A stretch of DNA of 64,000 bases from Octopus vulgaris. Taxonomy: Eukaryota. The position numbers and the translations under genes are program-made. The stretch lies in assembly GCA_951406725.2 (NCBI GenBank), contig OX597820.1, positions 61,504,001 to 61,568,000 of the forward strand. The letters run 5' to 3'. Under the pieces are notes generated by a model. The model did no database searches, was not told the origin of the DNA, and was given only the letters and a program-made list of their open reading frames with translations. Shown one piece after another: positions 1-14,807 of this stretch (within the stretch, counting starts at the first letter, position 1; each line of letters starts with the position of its first letter).

Positions 1-1700
1 CCTTCATAAAATAGTACTTACAGATACAACTACTACAGTTATGTAGCAACGATTCGAGTCATGAATCGAAACTTCTTCTTATTGACAAGTTTTACTCTAA
101 CGAAACGAAAAGATAATGTTAACTATTCACTGGAACAAAGCCGCTATTATATAGGTGCTGACTTCAATTAGGGCGAGGTTTCCAGTTCGTGTAGTCTCAC
201 TCCCGCACTGACTAAAGTAATTACCGAGGTTTTACTAGAAGCATGGCATTTACCGGCTTCGTTTTCTTACGAGTGAATTAATCTTGATATTTGTTTGCTT
301 CACCAAGACATTAAGGTATGATCTAAATGGCTACTTCCTTCATTTACTTACTATTTATACCGTTGTATTTACTGTTGATTTTTACCGAGTTGCCGTACCT
401 TTGAATTTTTTTCTTATGCGCGTATTTTATGTAATTGTTTTATCAAGAAAAAACGTGTCATTCTTCCAAACAAGAACATTTAGCTGTTCTTTTACCTATT
501 AAATATTTGTTGTTTATATTGGAAAATACTTTTCTGTACAAATCAAAAACGAAGCAACAGCTCATCAACTCGCCCTATCTTTGTAAATACACTCGACTTC
601 GCTAGTCATATATTTTCAATTTATGCGTCTTATTTTATTTCTAAGATGAAATCTCAAGTTTATATTGTAACACATTTTTATAAGATTTTCCTAACCACAA
701 AATAACCTATCTAATCGATATTAGTCGTCATTCACTTGTCTAAATAAGCCGCGATAATCCGTTTATATTATTTCGTATGATCGCATTGTGTGAAAACGTT
801 TATCTTTCTATCTACGTACTGTGTTTCCTTCCTTCTATCTTTCTACTGTGTTGTGTCTAATAATTTATTTCATGTGTACTTCAAATACTTGATAATTACA
901 CTCTAATGACTAAATAATATATTTAATGAATATCTATACAGGAGCTTGAAAAATATTTTATCAACTTTTAAAACCACGTGCTTCGGGTTTTTTCTCTTTT
1001 TACTTAACATGCGTTTCCAAATTTCTTTCTGTAGCTATAATGTCGCTACGAAGCTTGTTACAGTATATTTAAAATCATAGTAAAAGATCGATACTTCTTC
1101 ACCTATACTGTTTAGTTTAAACTGTGTAGATAATAGTGAAATTGTTGTATACAGTGCTCAGGTGTACTACAACTAGAAAAAAAAAGGGCATTAGGTGCAC
1201 TGTTGACGAATTTCATGAAGCATGATTTACTAGATATAAAACTACAGTATCCGCCCTTCTTCAATATGAATTGTCGCTGTGTACTAAGAGATCTACATCT
1301 TACATACCCCCATTTAACAATAAGTTTCAAAATGTTTACATGTTTTACTCGTTTGTAAACTACAGAAAATCGATCTACCGATTAGTTTTTCGCCAAGTTT
1401 CTCTAAATATGATGGTCATAGTTCTTTATGAAATAGTCCTGCCACTCCTTAAATAGACATGATCAGCTGGATTTGATACTGTCAACTCCACACTGAAAAT
1501 AGACATAAATGAAATATTTTATATAAATCTTTTATAATCTTAATACTTCTATATTTTAAAGTGTTTTCTCCGATTTATTTTTTTAGAAGTTAATTGTTAA
1601 AGATGCGTTATTTCCTTGTTAAATTTCAGTAACATATCACATCCCGATAGTTACTTCGAAACGAATGTTTTAAAACTCGTTGTTAGTTATCGTCTTTTTA
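1..1700. promoter_or_regulatory. CpG-retaining, repeat-free region; candidate promoter/first exon of the egh-like gene (possible donor AAG|GTATGA at 315/316)
   Basis: CG dinucleotides are visibly frequent here compared with the CpG-depleted sequence downstream; no SINE copies; donor-like site present. The link to egh is inference. Confidence 0.4.
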
Positions 1701-2342
1701 ATATTTAAAAAAAAATTATTTCTTATCCTTGTTAAAATGGAAAGTATTGTTTTATAGATGGTTGATATCTCTATGTAGTAATTGTTAGTTCTTAACTAGT
1801 TCTGTGTATTGTTTGTTGCGGTTATACTGACATTCAATCAAATTGTACCTTAAGAAATGTATTTGAAAACTGGCATTTTGTCAAAACATTTCAAACTATT
1901 TTGCTTAGAATTTCTTTTGTTTGTTTTTTTCGGAAATACATTTATTGAATGACTTAACATTTTATTCAAACAAATGTTTAGTTAAATTCATCAAAGTAGA
2001 TATTTTTGTCATGTGATTTCCCCAAAAAATAATTGTTACCGATTAAATGACACTATCATTACTCATTTTTATAACTACATTTCTTAATTTAGGCGATCCT
2101 CTTATTTTGACATACCATCTACCAAGGAATTCCTTTATATATGTAGCTTTCTTTCGTAATGTCTATTCTTTAAAAATAATACTTAGTTTTTCTATGTTAG
2201 AGCTTAGTATTTTCTAATATATAAACAAGTACTTTATTTTTTGGTTGTCAAAAAGGCGTATTGGTTATATTTGAACTTCCCAACATTGTCAGTAATCATG
2301 CATCTAATCACTCAGCCGATATGGAAGAAAATTTACTTGCAG

Positions 2343-2431
2343 TTCAAGTCTGACAGTGTCAGAGTTCTAGTGAAATCAGTCCACGGCCGGATGCCCGTTC
2401 TGTCGCTAACCTTCGCTTGTTTCCAAACAAG
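2343..2431 (+). other. candidate non-coding (5' UTR) exon
   Basis: ttacttgcag acceptor at 2342 and AAG|gtaatg donor at 2432 bracket a GC/CpG-richer 89 nt island. Confidence 0.3.
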
Positions 2432-5400
2432 GTAATGCTTCCCCATGACTAGCCTTTTTTCACGGTATATTTGAAATGAATGGCACCGCTTGTATGACAA
2501 TGGTTTAGAATTAAGCGTGATGTCAAAACAAAGATACACATACACGAGAAGTTGCTTTCTGTTTCTATCAACAGCGTTTTGGATGGCCCTGGAATGTAGT
2601 ATAAGACACATCCAAAGTGCTTTGCAGTGGACTTGAACCTGGAACCGTGTGATAGGGAAGTATACTTCTTAACACACAACTGTGCCTGATGTAAGCTGCA
2701 GTGTTTGCACTCCAGCTGTTAAAAACCAACAATCAGCAAGGAACTTCAGCCCCTAGAGATCTTTTTTCATTATCATAAAGAAGTGTAACAGTGATTGTAA
2801 CACAGGTAGATCTTTATGCAGTTCAGTTTGTTTGGTTATAGGCTGCTGAGCATTAGATAATTTTGCAACCCCTCAATGTTCTTGAACTAACTTGTTAGTA
2901 GAAAAGAAGTACCCTAGTTTGTACTGTTGAATGTCATTTATTGTGGAAGTACGTTTTGATTGCACTTTCACATTTGATGTAAGCCCTTGAATTTTGACAA
3001 ACGTTTGTGACTATTACCCCTTGTGATCTGAAGATTGACATAGAATAGTCTCAAAAATTACATCAGAGTATCTTAGAGGGTTCAATGTCCTGCTAGTTAT
3101 GTGCAAGATGGTATCCAATTGCTGCTTAAACAAGATTAGTAAACCGGCACAATCTACTTAATTGTCAGTTTTAGTTAAAGGATATTTCAGATTTGGAATG
3201 TGAAGAATTGATTACTGCATTTGTGATCAAAGTAGAAGTCTATTCATTTTAATTAAGTATGAACACGTTTAGCTTTTGAGAAAACATTATACAGCATACC
3301 ATAGAAGATGTGAATTTGACAAGCAATCACAGTTTTGACCTAGTTCATCGTATTCAAGTTTAGAGTACAGTCTGAATCACATATGTTCTCAGACTGATAA
3401 ATCAATTTAGTGTTAAAGAGTTGACAATACTTTGCTTTGTGAATGCAAGACAGACTTAAATTGATGTGTGCTAATGAGGATTTCATTAATTGTATCTACA
3501 TGGTTAATTTTATTCAAAATTATATATCTACATTTTCTATTTTGTTAAAAGCTATATTTCAGTCAAAGGTTATTGCTTTTAAGTTCATTCCACTTTAAAC
3601 TGAGCTGTAATTATTACTAGCGCTATTCTGGCTTTTAGATTTATTTAATAAATTCTTAAGCAGATGACCATCTGACATCTTTTTCGTGGAACTAGCTGAT
3701 AGATTTTCAGAAAGGTTTGTTAATCCTGTGGTCCAGTTGGATGATGTCAAAATTAATACTTATATAAAGATGCAGGCTGAGTTATATTAGCAAATGAATA
3801 GCAACACATTTTGAAATTTTTATTCCTGTTTAGTGTTTATGGAAACCACAACTTGTTCACTTTGAAGTATGTCCTTGCCTAATTAGCATTTTTTTCCTGC
3901 ATAATCTACATCATTTACCAATTAGCTACAATTAAAATATCTTATAGCTATATAATGTTTTTAATTGTATGAGTTCACCTGTGTGCTTTATATGTAGCAA
4001 TCAATTTCTATGTAAACAGCCCCTTTGTTGCTTTGACAAAGAATAATTCAGTTGTTTGTTCAACCAGACTGCTTACTCTTTGTGCTGTAAGTATTCCACA
4101 GATGCTTGTAACCCTTAATACAGTTTTCTGATAGATCGATGTGACAGTTTACAACGAGATTGGCTCCTTGAATTTTCTTTGTGATTGACTAACATACATT
4201 TTCCATCTATCCATTTTCATTCACAAAAATTAAGTCAACAAGGCATTAAAGTAGAAAACACTTGCCCAAGGTGCCACCTAAAAGAGTCGAACCCAGGACC
4301 AATAAGATTAAGATAATTTTGTGACTACATGACCATGCTTGTACATTTCATGTATTATTATGTACTCAGGCAAGTACACTGGAGTATATATAAACATGTA
4401 CATTAAACCACCAGTTAATAAGTCTATTTGATAAAGAGGAATGAAATGAGTAATTGCTTACCTAATCTGACCTTAATTTGGAGTCTCATGAAAATTAATG
4501 TTTAAGTGAAACTAAAAACTGTTAAATTTATGTTCATAACTAAATAAATGTTGTGAATATTTTGTTTGTTTATTTGAAGCTTATGATTCACCATCACCAC
4601 CAAAATAAGAAATGTATTATCAGAGAATCCCTTAGAAATGCTATTTTGAAATATATATTACTATTAAGTGCAATAGATGGAATTAACCAAACCAAACTTA
4701 ATTTCTAATTCAGTTGACATATTTGTAGATTTTTGTTTTTCATAAACTAATTGGACTATTAACCTCATAGTTTTGGTATAGTTCACTTATATTGTTTTGG
4801 TTGGTATATTTTGAATGCATACATTGTCTTAGTGAATAATAATATATATTCTCAGAGTGAAGAGTAATAGCAAATTCAAGGTTAATAGATTCTGTTTTTG
4901 TCAGTTGTATCTTGATTTTGTTTCTGCGTAAATTGGTTGGCATTAGGAATGATATCCAGCTGTAGAAAAACTATGCCAAAGACATTGGGGCACAATGCAG
5001 TCCTCTGACCTGTCAGATCCTATCAAACTGTCCGACTCATGCCAGCATTGAAAATGATGTTAAAAGATGAGGAGGAGGATGAAACTCCATCATGACATGG
5101 ATTGGACATTTCTCTTCCAATACAGTGTCTCACCAGTCATTGGAGGCCTTCGTTATTCCTTTCATTGGACTTCTCTTCTTCAGTAGGCTTCTTCCACATA
5201 CACTGGCTCATCCATTTTCACTTTTATATGCATCTTGTTCATACTACCAGTTTTCTTTATTGCACACTACAGCTGATTCCTCTAATTCCCACTTTTTCTC
5301 TCAGCTTGTGTTCTGTGATTTCATACACATCAACATTACATGTAAAATGGATTGTTCTTGTCTCATGTCTTTCCAGCTTTCATACGTCCTCTACATTCAG

Positions 5401-6829
5401 TGCCCATGTCCTGCTATCACGCAGCCTCACACTTCATAGTCAAGTACTCTATATCTACTCTATATTTGCTGAGAGAAATCCTTTATTGCCAATAGAGGTA
5501 ATAGCCCCCCCTATTTATTTATTTTATCTATTTCAGTTTATTCTTTTTCAGACTCAAAACAATAAGTGTTTCTCAATGTAAATTATTACCTTAGCTTTTG
5601 CTACAGACACATTCAGTAAAGAGCATAGTTTATTAGATATTTTGCTTGAGTAAATATTAAGTTCTTGTTGTGTTAGGAAATATATGGTTCTTGTTTATGC
5701 AGTAATATTGATTTCAAATTTTGGTACAAGGCCAGCTGTTTCGGGGGTTGGAGCTAGTCGGTAACATTGACCCCAGTGTTCTACTGGTATTTACTTTATT
5801 GACCCCGAATGGAAGAAAGGCAAAGTTTACCATGGCAGAATTTGAACTCGGTTTGTAAAGACAGACAAAATGCTGCTAAGCATTTAATCTGGCTTGATAA
5901 CAATAATTTTTAGCTTCAATCATCATTGTTATCATCTTCGTCCTTTAATGCTGGCATGGGTTGGATAGTATTGTAGTTTAAATGAAATAGTTTTTTTGTT
6001 TTTTTTTGTAATTCTTCTTTACAGTAATCTCCTCCCCAGACTCTTGTAGCGGATTGGCCAGCCACTGTTCACTATATTTTCCCTTCAACCTTACCTAATC
6101 TTTACAGTGTTTGCTTACCCTTTCTCTCACTCCTTTCTTACTTGTCACATACCCCATACTCTATTGTAACCTCCACTCACACTCCTATCCCTCTACCCCA
6201 CTCATTCTATTCACTCCATACCTTGAAAGTCCACCTTGACACCGCATTATCACTATTTTCATCACTTTCCAGCTCCATCTTATCACTCCCACTCTCCCTT
6301 CTGAAATGTGAGTAGCTGTGTAGCTCCACTACAATAAGAAATCTGTCTTACTCTGGCCCTTTCGTACTTATACCTCATCTTCTAGCATGAAGCTATCCTC
6401 TTGGGGTTCATAGTCTTGCAAGCTGCATAGCGCCTCATCAGTACTGGTAGCACAAAAACAAAACCCTGTACAATCTGTAAAGTTGTTGACATTAGGAAGA
6501 GCATTCAACCAAAGAAACCATACCAAAACAGACATTGGTTGTGAGTATGAGGAATTCTACCAAATCCATTTTAAGGATTTGATTGTCCTGGGATATAGTA
6601 GAAGGTACTTACTCAAAGGTTACATAGAGGGACTGAACCCAGAATCATGTGGTTTGGAAGCAAACTTTTTACAGCCAAATATATATACTGCCATATCTCG
6701 ATATGTTGAAAAAGTGTAGGTAGGTACTCTATATATTCAGCACAAAAGATGGAATGGTTTCTCTATCAATTATGATTTACAATTTATTACATGGTCAGAG
6801 ATTTAGGGATATCCTTACCGAGAAATTTG

Positions 6830-9498
6830 ATAGAAGCTTAAGAACCCTTCACATGGTCAGAGATTTAGGGATATCCTTACCGAGAAATATGATGATATGA
6901 AGGAGTAGCTACTGTCCTGTGACATAGAAGGCAGCTGGGAATTCCTGTGAGACAGCTTGCTGAGTGCCACAGCAAATCTGTGGCTGGTGCAAAGTCCCTT
7001 CCAGATCTCGGGTAACATGGTGGTGGAACAGTACTGTAGACAGGGCTATTAGAGCATAGAAACAGGCTTGGAAGGCCTGGAAGAGTGTGGGGTAGCAGGA
7101 GAACGTATCAGATAGCCAAAAGGGAGGCTAGGAGATGGGTATATAAAGCCAAGGGAGTAGCAGAAAAGATGAAGTTTGTCAGTGTTCAGCGATGTGAGGA
7201 CCAATAACCTGAAGTATTTCCGATTGCAAGACAGTGTGTGAGGGAAAACCGTTATGTCATAGAAGAGAAATGTGTTCACATGGATGATGGTGCCCTTGCG
7301 TTTAATGATTCTGCAAAGAAAGGCTTGGAGATGCCATTATGAAAGACTGATGAATGTGGAGAATGAATAAGAAAAAGAGAGCCTGCCAAATGTTGACCCA
7401 GTAGAGGGACCAGCTACCCGAATTGACAGTACACTGGTAGAGAAAGCAATTAAGGATATGAAGACAAGGAAAGCACCTGGCCCATCAGGAATCACTGCTT
7501 AGATGCTTAAAATATCGGGAGGTGTGGGTTATGGTCTTGTCACCTGCATCGTAAATCAGGTAGTTCATGAAGGAGTTATGACTGGTGTTGTAGCACCATA
7601 GTCAACTGCTACAAGAGTAAATGTGATGCTTTAGATAGAAATAACTACAGGGGTATCAAATTATTGGATCAGGAGATGAAAGTTACAGGGAGGGTCATAG
7701 CCCATCTAATTAGGGAAAGAGTTAGCCTAGATGAGATGCAGTTTGGTTTTGTGCCAGGCAGAAGCACCACTGATGCTATATTTCTGGTAAGGCAACTGCA
7801 GGAGAAATATCTAGCCAAGAAAAACCTATGTACTTGGGTTTTGTTGACTTGGAGAAAGCCGTTGACAGGGTCCCCTGATCCCTTATCCGGTTGTCAGTGT
7901 GGAAACTGGGGATAGATGAGTGGTTGGTAAGAACCATACAAGCCTTGTACAGGTATGCTGTCAGTAAGGTGAGGGTTGGCAACAAATATGAAAAATTCCA
8001 AGTAGAAGTAGGGGTTCACCAAAGATCAGTCCTTGGCTCCCTCTTATTCATTATAGTCCTCCAGGCAATAACAGGAATTCAAGACAGGATGCCCCTGGGA
8101 GCTCCTTTATGCTGATGACCTTGCTCGAGTCACTGCCAGAACTAGAGACAATGTTTAGGGTGTGGAAGCAAGGTCTAGAATCGAAAGTCCTTAGGGTTAA
8201 CCTAGTAAAAACCAAAGTCTTAGTAAATAGGAAGGTTGTCAAATCACAAACCCCTTCAGATAGGTGGCCCTGCTTGATCTGTAGAAAAGGCATGAGTAGA
8301 AGCTCCATATGATGTACCTGGTGTAATCTATGTACACAAGGTGCATCAATATCAAAGGAAGGTTAACCAGGAAGTTAGTTTTTGTGTGTGATAGATGCAC
8401 AGGGGCAATAAACACTGAAGATGTACAGAAAACAGATTCCATCACATGCCAGGAGGAGAAACTAGAAGTAGTTAATAACTTCCGCTACCTAGGTAATCAA
8501 GTCAGTAGTGGGGTGGTTACTCTGAGAGTGTAGCAGTTAGAATAAGAATTGCCTGGGCAAAGTTCAGGGAGCTCTTCTGCTGGCGAGTAAGGGCCTCTCG
8601 CTCAGGATGAAAAGTAGACTGTATGATGTATGTGTGCGAACTACCATGCTGCACAGCAGTGAAACAAGGGCCATGACTGCTGAGGACATGCACAGGCTTG
8701 AAAGAAATTAAGCTAGTTTGATCCACTGGATATTTAATGTCAGTGTGCATACACGACAGAGTGTAAGCACCCTAAGAGAAAAGTTGGGTATAAGAAGCAT
8801 CAAATGTGGTTTGCAAGAGAGATGACTGCTGGTATGGCCATGTGTTATATATGGATGAGGACATGACTGTGTGAGGAAGTGCCACTCCCTAACTGTGGAA
8901 GAGGTAGACACAGGAAGCCATGGGATGAAGTGGTGAAGCATGACCTTTGAATGTTGGGCCCGACAGAGGCAATGACGTAGACCGAGACCTTTGGAGATAT
9001 ACTGTGATTGAGAAGACCTGGAAACTAAAGTGAGATTGCAGCCATACATGTCCAGCACAGTTAAGAGTACCCCTGATGTGTCGGGCGATATGATATGCTG
9101 AGAAGACTTGATGAGTCAAGTAAAACCAATATCGTAGCTGTGGCCAGTGCCCCCATGACTGGCTCCTGTGCTGGTGGCTTGTAAAAAGCACCTTCTGAAC
9201 ATGGTCGATGCCAGTACCCCGTGACTGGCCCCTGTGCCGGTGGGACGTAAAAAACAGTATCTAAACATGATCAATATACTAGGCCTGACTGTCTGGCTCT
9301 GTGCTGGTGGCATGTAAAAAGCACCCACTACACTCACAGAGTGGTTGGCGTTAGGAAGGGCATCCAGCTGTAGAAACATTGTCAGATCAGATTGGAGCCT
9401 GGTGCAGCTGCTGGCTCTCCAAAGCTCAGTCAAACCATCCAACCCAAGCCAGCATGGAAAACGGATATTAAACAATTATGATGATCAAGATGATGATA
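6830..9498 (+). mobile_element. 5'-truncated, frameshifted RTE-clade LINE (RT, Cys-rich region, 3' tail ending in (GAT)n)
   Basis: ORF pieces QFGFVPGRSTTDAIFLVRQLQEKY, FVDLEKA, VGVHQRSVL; tatgctgatgac (YADD) at ~8108; FVCDRC motif; many stops and frameshifts. Confidence 0.9.
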
Positions 9499-10680
9499 CA
9501 TATACAGTAAAATATACAAGAATAGCTGGCATTAGAGCACTTAAATGAAATTTACAAACCTGACATCATTCATCATCATTTAACATCTGCTTTCCATGCT
9601 GGCATGAGTTGGATAGTTTGACCGAGAATTGGCAAGCCAGGAGGCTGCACCAAGTTCTAATCTGATCTGGCAGTGTTTCTACAGCTGGATGCCCTTCTTA
9701 ACATCAACCACTTCAAGACTGTAGTGGATGCTTTTTATGTGCCACCGGTACAAGGGCCATACATTGACCCCATGTATTTAATACTTTCTGCACTTACATG
9801 GCCTATTTAGTATTGGTGTTGTTTCTGTAGCTAGATGATCTATTTAGTACTAGTTATGATTGTAGCTGGTATAAAGCAACTACAAGGAAAAATGTCAAGG
9901 AAGGAGTTCATTGAATTGTTACTTATGGTAGCAACAAAGGGGTTCTCTCTCCATGATTTTTATGAAATATATGTGTGATGCTAGATAGATCATCATCATT
10001 ATTTAATGTCCACTTTCCATGCTAGCATGGGTTGGACCATGAACATTAAATGCAGATGAGTCAGTTGGACATAAATGAGACTAGTATGTTTTTATTTTTA
10101 ATATGAAATACTAAGTTACATATATGCTGAAGCATAGGTGAACTGAAACCGCATTAAAGTACACTGGTCAATTCATGCAGATATACATATTATATTATCA
10201 TCATCATTTAATGTGTTTGCCATGCTGGTGTGGATTGGACAGTTTGATAGGAGCTGGTGAGCAAGAGGGCTGCATCAAGCTCCAGTGTTTGCTTGGCACG
10301 GTTTCAATAGCTGGATGCCTTTCCTAACGTCAACCACTTTACAGAGGGAACTGGGTACTTTTTACATGGTATCAATACTAGTAAGGTCACCAAGTAACTC
10401 ACTCAAGTCAAGACTCCTTAACTGAGAGATGGAGAATGGTGGGATGCAGCTTTATGCCAGGTGATGAGAGGTTAAAGTACGACAGAAAGACAGGAGCAGA
10501 TATCTTGCTGTAGGGGAGAAAGAAGGTTACTCCAGTTGAGGATGAAGTCATGACAGGCCATACCCTCAAGTTACAGGTATTTGAAAAGAAGAGAAATGGT
10601 ACAAGTGGACCAGTAAATTCACAGGTGTGTGAGAGGAGAGTAGATGGATAGAGATGGGGGAATTTATATATATATATATA

Positions 10681-10998
10681 TTCTTTACTTGTTTCAGTCA
10701 TTTGACTGTGGCCATGCTGGAGCACTACCTTTAGTCAAGCAAATTGACCCCAGGACTTATTCTTTGTAAGCCTAGTACTTATTCTATCGGTCTCTTTTGC
10801 CGAACTGCTAAGTTACGGTGACATAAACACACCAGCATCGGTTGTCAAGTGTGGTTGCGGGGACAAACACAGACATACAAACATACATACACACACACAT
10901 ACATATATATATACGACAGACTTCTTTCAGTTTCCATCTACCAAATCCACTCACAAGGCTTTGGTCAGCCCAAGGCTATAGTAGAAGACACTTGCCCA
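10681..10998 (-). mobile_element. tRNA-derived SINE family A (internal (CA)n/(TA)n), head-truncated copy
   Basis: closely similar to copies at 21083-21432, 39775-40378, 51148-51530, 54832-55232 (-) and 26350-26705 (+). Confidence 0.8.
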
Positions 10999-11093
10999 AT
11001 ATATATATACAAACATAGGGGTACTGTTCTTTATGTGGCTGAGTAGAGACAATGATATTACAATAAGCAGTTTAGATTTAATTTTGGGGTCAT

Positions 11094-11818
11094 ATGATTT
11101 GGGACAACAATAAGCTGACCAAGACCACGAAAATGAAGATCTACCAGGCATGTGTACTTAGCACTCTACTGTATGGAAGTGAGACTTGGACGCTATACAC
11201 ACGCCAAGAGTGTCACCTAAACATCTTTCACCTGTGCTGCCTCCGGAAAATCCTCCGCATCAAATGGCAGAACCATATCCCCAACAAAGATGTCCTCAGG
11301 TAAGCAGGACTACCAAGCATGTTTGCACTCCTCACACAAAGACGTATGAGATGGCTTGAGCATGTTAGCCGTATGAAAGATGGCAGAATCCCCAAGGACA
11401 TACTCTACGGAGAGCTTGCTAGGGGTACTAGGTCTGTGGGTAGACCGCTCTTACGTTACAAGGATGTTTGCAAAAGGGACATGAAGGCCTGCAACATCAA
11501 TATTAGCGGTTGGGAGGCAGTTGCCGGCAACCGTGGAGCCTGGCGACGTACCGTAAGAGAGGGAATACAATGGAGTGACAGAGAGAGAGAGGAGAAATGG
11601 AAAGATAAGAAAAGACGTCAACAAGAAACTATGGCATTACAACCAGCCAGGAACAGTCTTCGCTACATTTGCGGTACCTGCCAGAGAGAGTGTTTGTCTA
11701 GGATAGGACTACACAGCCACAGCAGGAAATGTATCAGGACATGAAATGTAAAAGCCGGACTAGACTACTTTACGCGCAACTCCATTGTCTCCTGAGACAA
11801 AAAGGATGCCAACCAATG
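11094..11818 (+). mobile_element. 3' fragment of an RTE-BovB-like LINE
   Basis: LLYGSETWT, RRMRWLEHVSRMKDGRIPKDILYGEL, GRPLLRYKD and C-terminal CxxC..SRIGLHSH; single in-frame stop at 11301-11303. Confidence 0.9.
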
Positions 11819-12396
11819 ATTTAATGATAAGGCCATGTGACAGAACCAGTGAGAGTGTTTTAGTAAAAACTTGAACTCTTTAGGTTTTGCTCATTGTTTT
11901 TATTGCTTTACAGACTGATATGTATAACATGTTTCCCCACCGGACAAGGAAGTCTATTTCACAAGCTTAGATAAAAATCATGTTAACTTTGACAATTTTT
12001 GTGCCACCATTTTCCCTCTAAATAGTCCTTTTGATTTATTTATTTTTTTTGTAATATCATCTCGTTTTATACTCAGTTGTTGAAATGTCTCTTTGAAACA
12101 TGATATCTGTTCCTGCCCACTATCATGCTTTAGCCTCTCCACATTTGACACATAGCCATTTCCATCTATTCTGCATCCCCAAGGAGTTTTGTCATTTGAG
12201 TTAACTTGGTGGCTTCACTAGTGCTGGTACCATTAGAAAAGCATCTGGTACATAAGGTTGTTAGTACTAGGAAGCAGCTGCAGCTATAGAAACCTTGCCA
12301 AAGTAGATATTCAAGCTCAATGCAGCCCTCTGGTTAACTGGCTTATATCAAACTGCCCAACCCACGGAATACAGACATTAAATGATAACGATATTG

Positions 12397-12423
<27 letters not shown>

Positions 12424-12429
<6 letters not shown>

Positions 12430-12736
12430 TGTAAAAGGGCACCATTCAAGCGTGATCGTTACCAATGTCGCTTCACTGGCACATGTAAAAAGATTCGAGC
12501 GAGGTCATTGCTAGTACCACCTGACTGGCCTCCATGCCAGTGGCACGTAAAAAATGCCCACTACACTCTCGGAGTGGTTGGCGTTAGGAAGGGCACCCAG
12601 CTGTAGAATCTCTGCCAGATCAAGATTGGAGCCTGGTGCAGCCATCTGGCTCACCAGCCCTCAGTCAAAATCGTCCAACCCATGCTAGCATGGAAAGCGG
12701 ATGTTAAACGATGATGATGATGATGATGATAATGAT
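12424..12736 (+). repeat. RTE-LINE 3'-tail repeat ending in (GAT)n; other copies e.g. 9567-9760(-), 20514-20660(-), 25500-25745(-), 37372-37591(+), 53746-54163(+)
   Basis: matches 9300-9498 (gttaggaagggcatccagctgtagaa...cagattggagcctggtgcagc...catgccagcatggaaa). Confidence 0.8.
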
Positions 12737-13140
12737 ATGTATGTATGTATATAATAACCATAATCTTTGGATGGAATTTATAAACATTTAATGCATTGCT
12801 GTACATGTTTCCACAAATCACATGTCAAGATGCGACCCCAGAAAACTGGTTCACCAGTCAGCATCATTAGACTGTGACTGGCATAATGGAATAGGAGTTT
12901 TATTTGCATATTCAAAACGTTTCCTGTAAACAAATTTAAAAGATATAGAGCCTTGTCTGTGTTCGTTCCATGTAAAAATCAGTGAGTGTACTCTGCAGAA
13001 TGATTGGTGTTTGGAAGGGCATCCATCCATAAAAACCCTGCTAAAACACACACAGTAGTCTGGGGTAGTCATCTACCCAGTCGTCTCTTGTCAACTGCCC
13101 TACTTATGCATGCATGGAAGACAGGTGTTAAATGATGATG

Positions 13141-13179
<39 letters not shown>

Positions 13180-13393
13180 TATACATATTGAGAAAGAGGA
13201 TGGGCTTTAAACTTCAAAGAAGTATTTAATTTCTATATATACTTATATTTCTGTAAAATTTAGCTTAAATTCCATGTCCTACTTTTGATAAAAATAAATG
13301 TGTTCATGTCCTATCTGGTTTCAGTCTTTTTCTATAACTCTTGTCCTTAATGAGATAGTTATAAAAGTTTAATGTATTTTTGAATAATCAAGC

Positions 13394-13432
<39 letters not shown>

Positions 13433-14807
13433 GTATTTACAATTCAGTAGTGTTATGCATTCTCTTGCCAACAGAATTGAAAGGTCAGTTTTAAATGTTG
13501 TTGGTTGTTTTGAAAAATATGTGTCAAAGCATATTACAGCACATTACCTTTAAAAGAGTGTCTTTACTGCTAGTTAGAAACGATGATGCTTAATCCATGC
13601 TGTTTTAGGTAACAATTCATTTTAATTTTGCTTCGATAGGTTGGATTTCAAAGATTCATTTGTGATTATATTATCTACATTATTTGTTTGGAATATTTGA
13701 TTTTATATTTTTTATTCTATTTTTAATATCAAAATATGATTTATGATTTATTATTTTATTCATTGTTTTCCGAAATTTATCTGATACCTTGGGCAAGTGT
13801 CTTCTATATAGCTCCAGACTGATCAAAGCTTTGTGAGGGAAATTGTGTGTGTGTTACTGTCTCCTTGGCTACATGTGATATTAGTGACACGTCTAGTCAT
13901 AAGAAACATTACCTTGCATGGAAGCATATGAGGTTTGGCAACTGGAGGAGTATCCAGTCATACAAAATCTACCTCAAGAACCTCTGACTCTGCAAACATA
14001 GAAAAGTGGACAGTAAAAGACGATCATATTAAAATATAAAGCTACAAAGGATATGAAATAATAGAACATACTTTTTACACTTTATAAGTGAAGCAGAAAT
14101 AATGTAAACTTTATTCTTTAAAAGAAAATGCAGAAACTTAAAATGGCTTTCTAGCTTCTATAAAATCTTTTATTTGAATCTTACTAGATAAACATTTAAA
14201 CATAGCAGCTGCTATTTTTAAATTAAAAAATACATACACAACAGCTTCTAGCTGAAGATAATGGTGTGTGTGTGTGTGTATGTCTCTCATATTTCATTCA
14301 ATCATGTATTTTTGTTTTAAGAAGTAAATTATGTTCTTTTTAATTATCCAGTGTGACATACTAATCTTAATGAAAAATTATTAAGAAGAAATTTCTCAAT
14401 TAATTTGATAATTGAATAGATTCTGCTTTAGTGTAAAATAGTTCAAAATAAAATTTGATAGTATACTTAGAAAATCATGGACACAGCCCCCTTTCTTTTG
14501 TCCAATCTTATTTTAAAAAAATCTCAATACTGTGTTTGCTATTATGTGAATCTATTGATATTCTTTACAAATCCTGAATAGCTTATAGTGTTTTTCCAAA
14601 TGATGAACTGTACACAGCATAGCATGTTAAGATTTTGAGGCTCTTGTTCTTTTAAACATGAATTTTATTTATCTCCACCGATGACTTTTTAGATTGTACT
14701 TCTTAAAAAATGTCTTCTGGTTTATATGTTTTGAACATGAGAATCTGCAAGCATTTTTAAAATTCAAATAAAGAAAAAAGATTTGTTTTATTTAATTTTT
14801 TTTTTTT

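Noticed and set aside
5092-5581. 115 aa and 159 aa ORFs
   Set aside because: Low-complexity antisense of a decayed LINE-like sequence; no recognisable domain.
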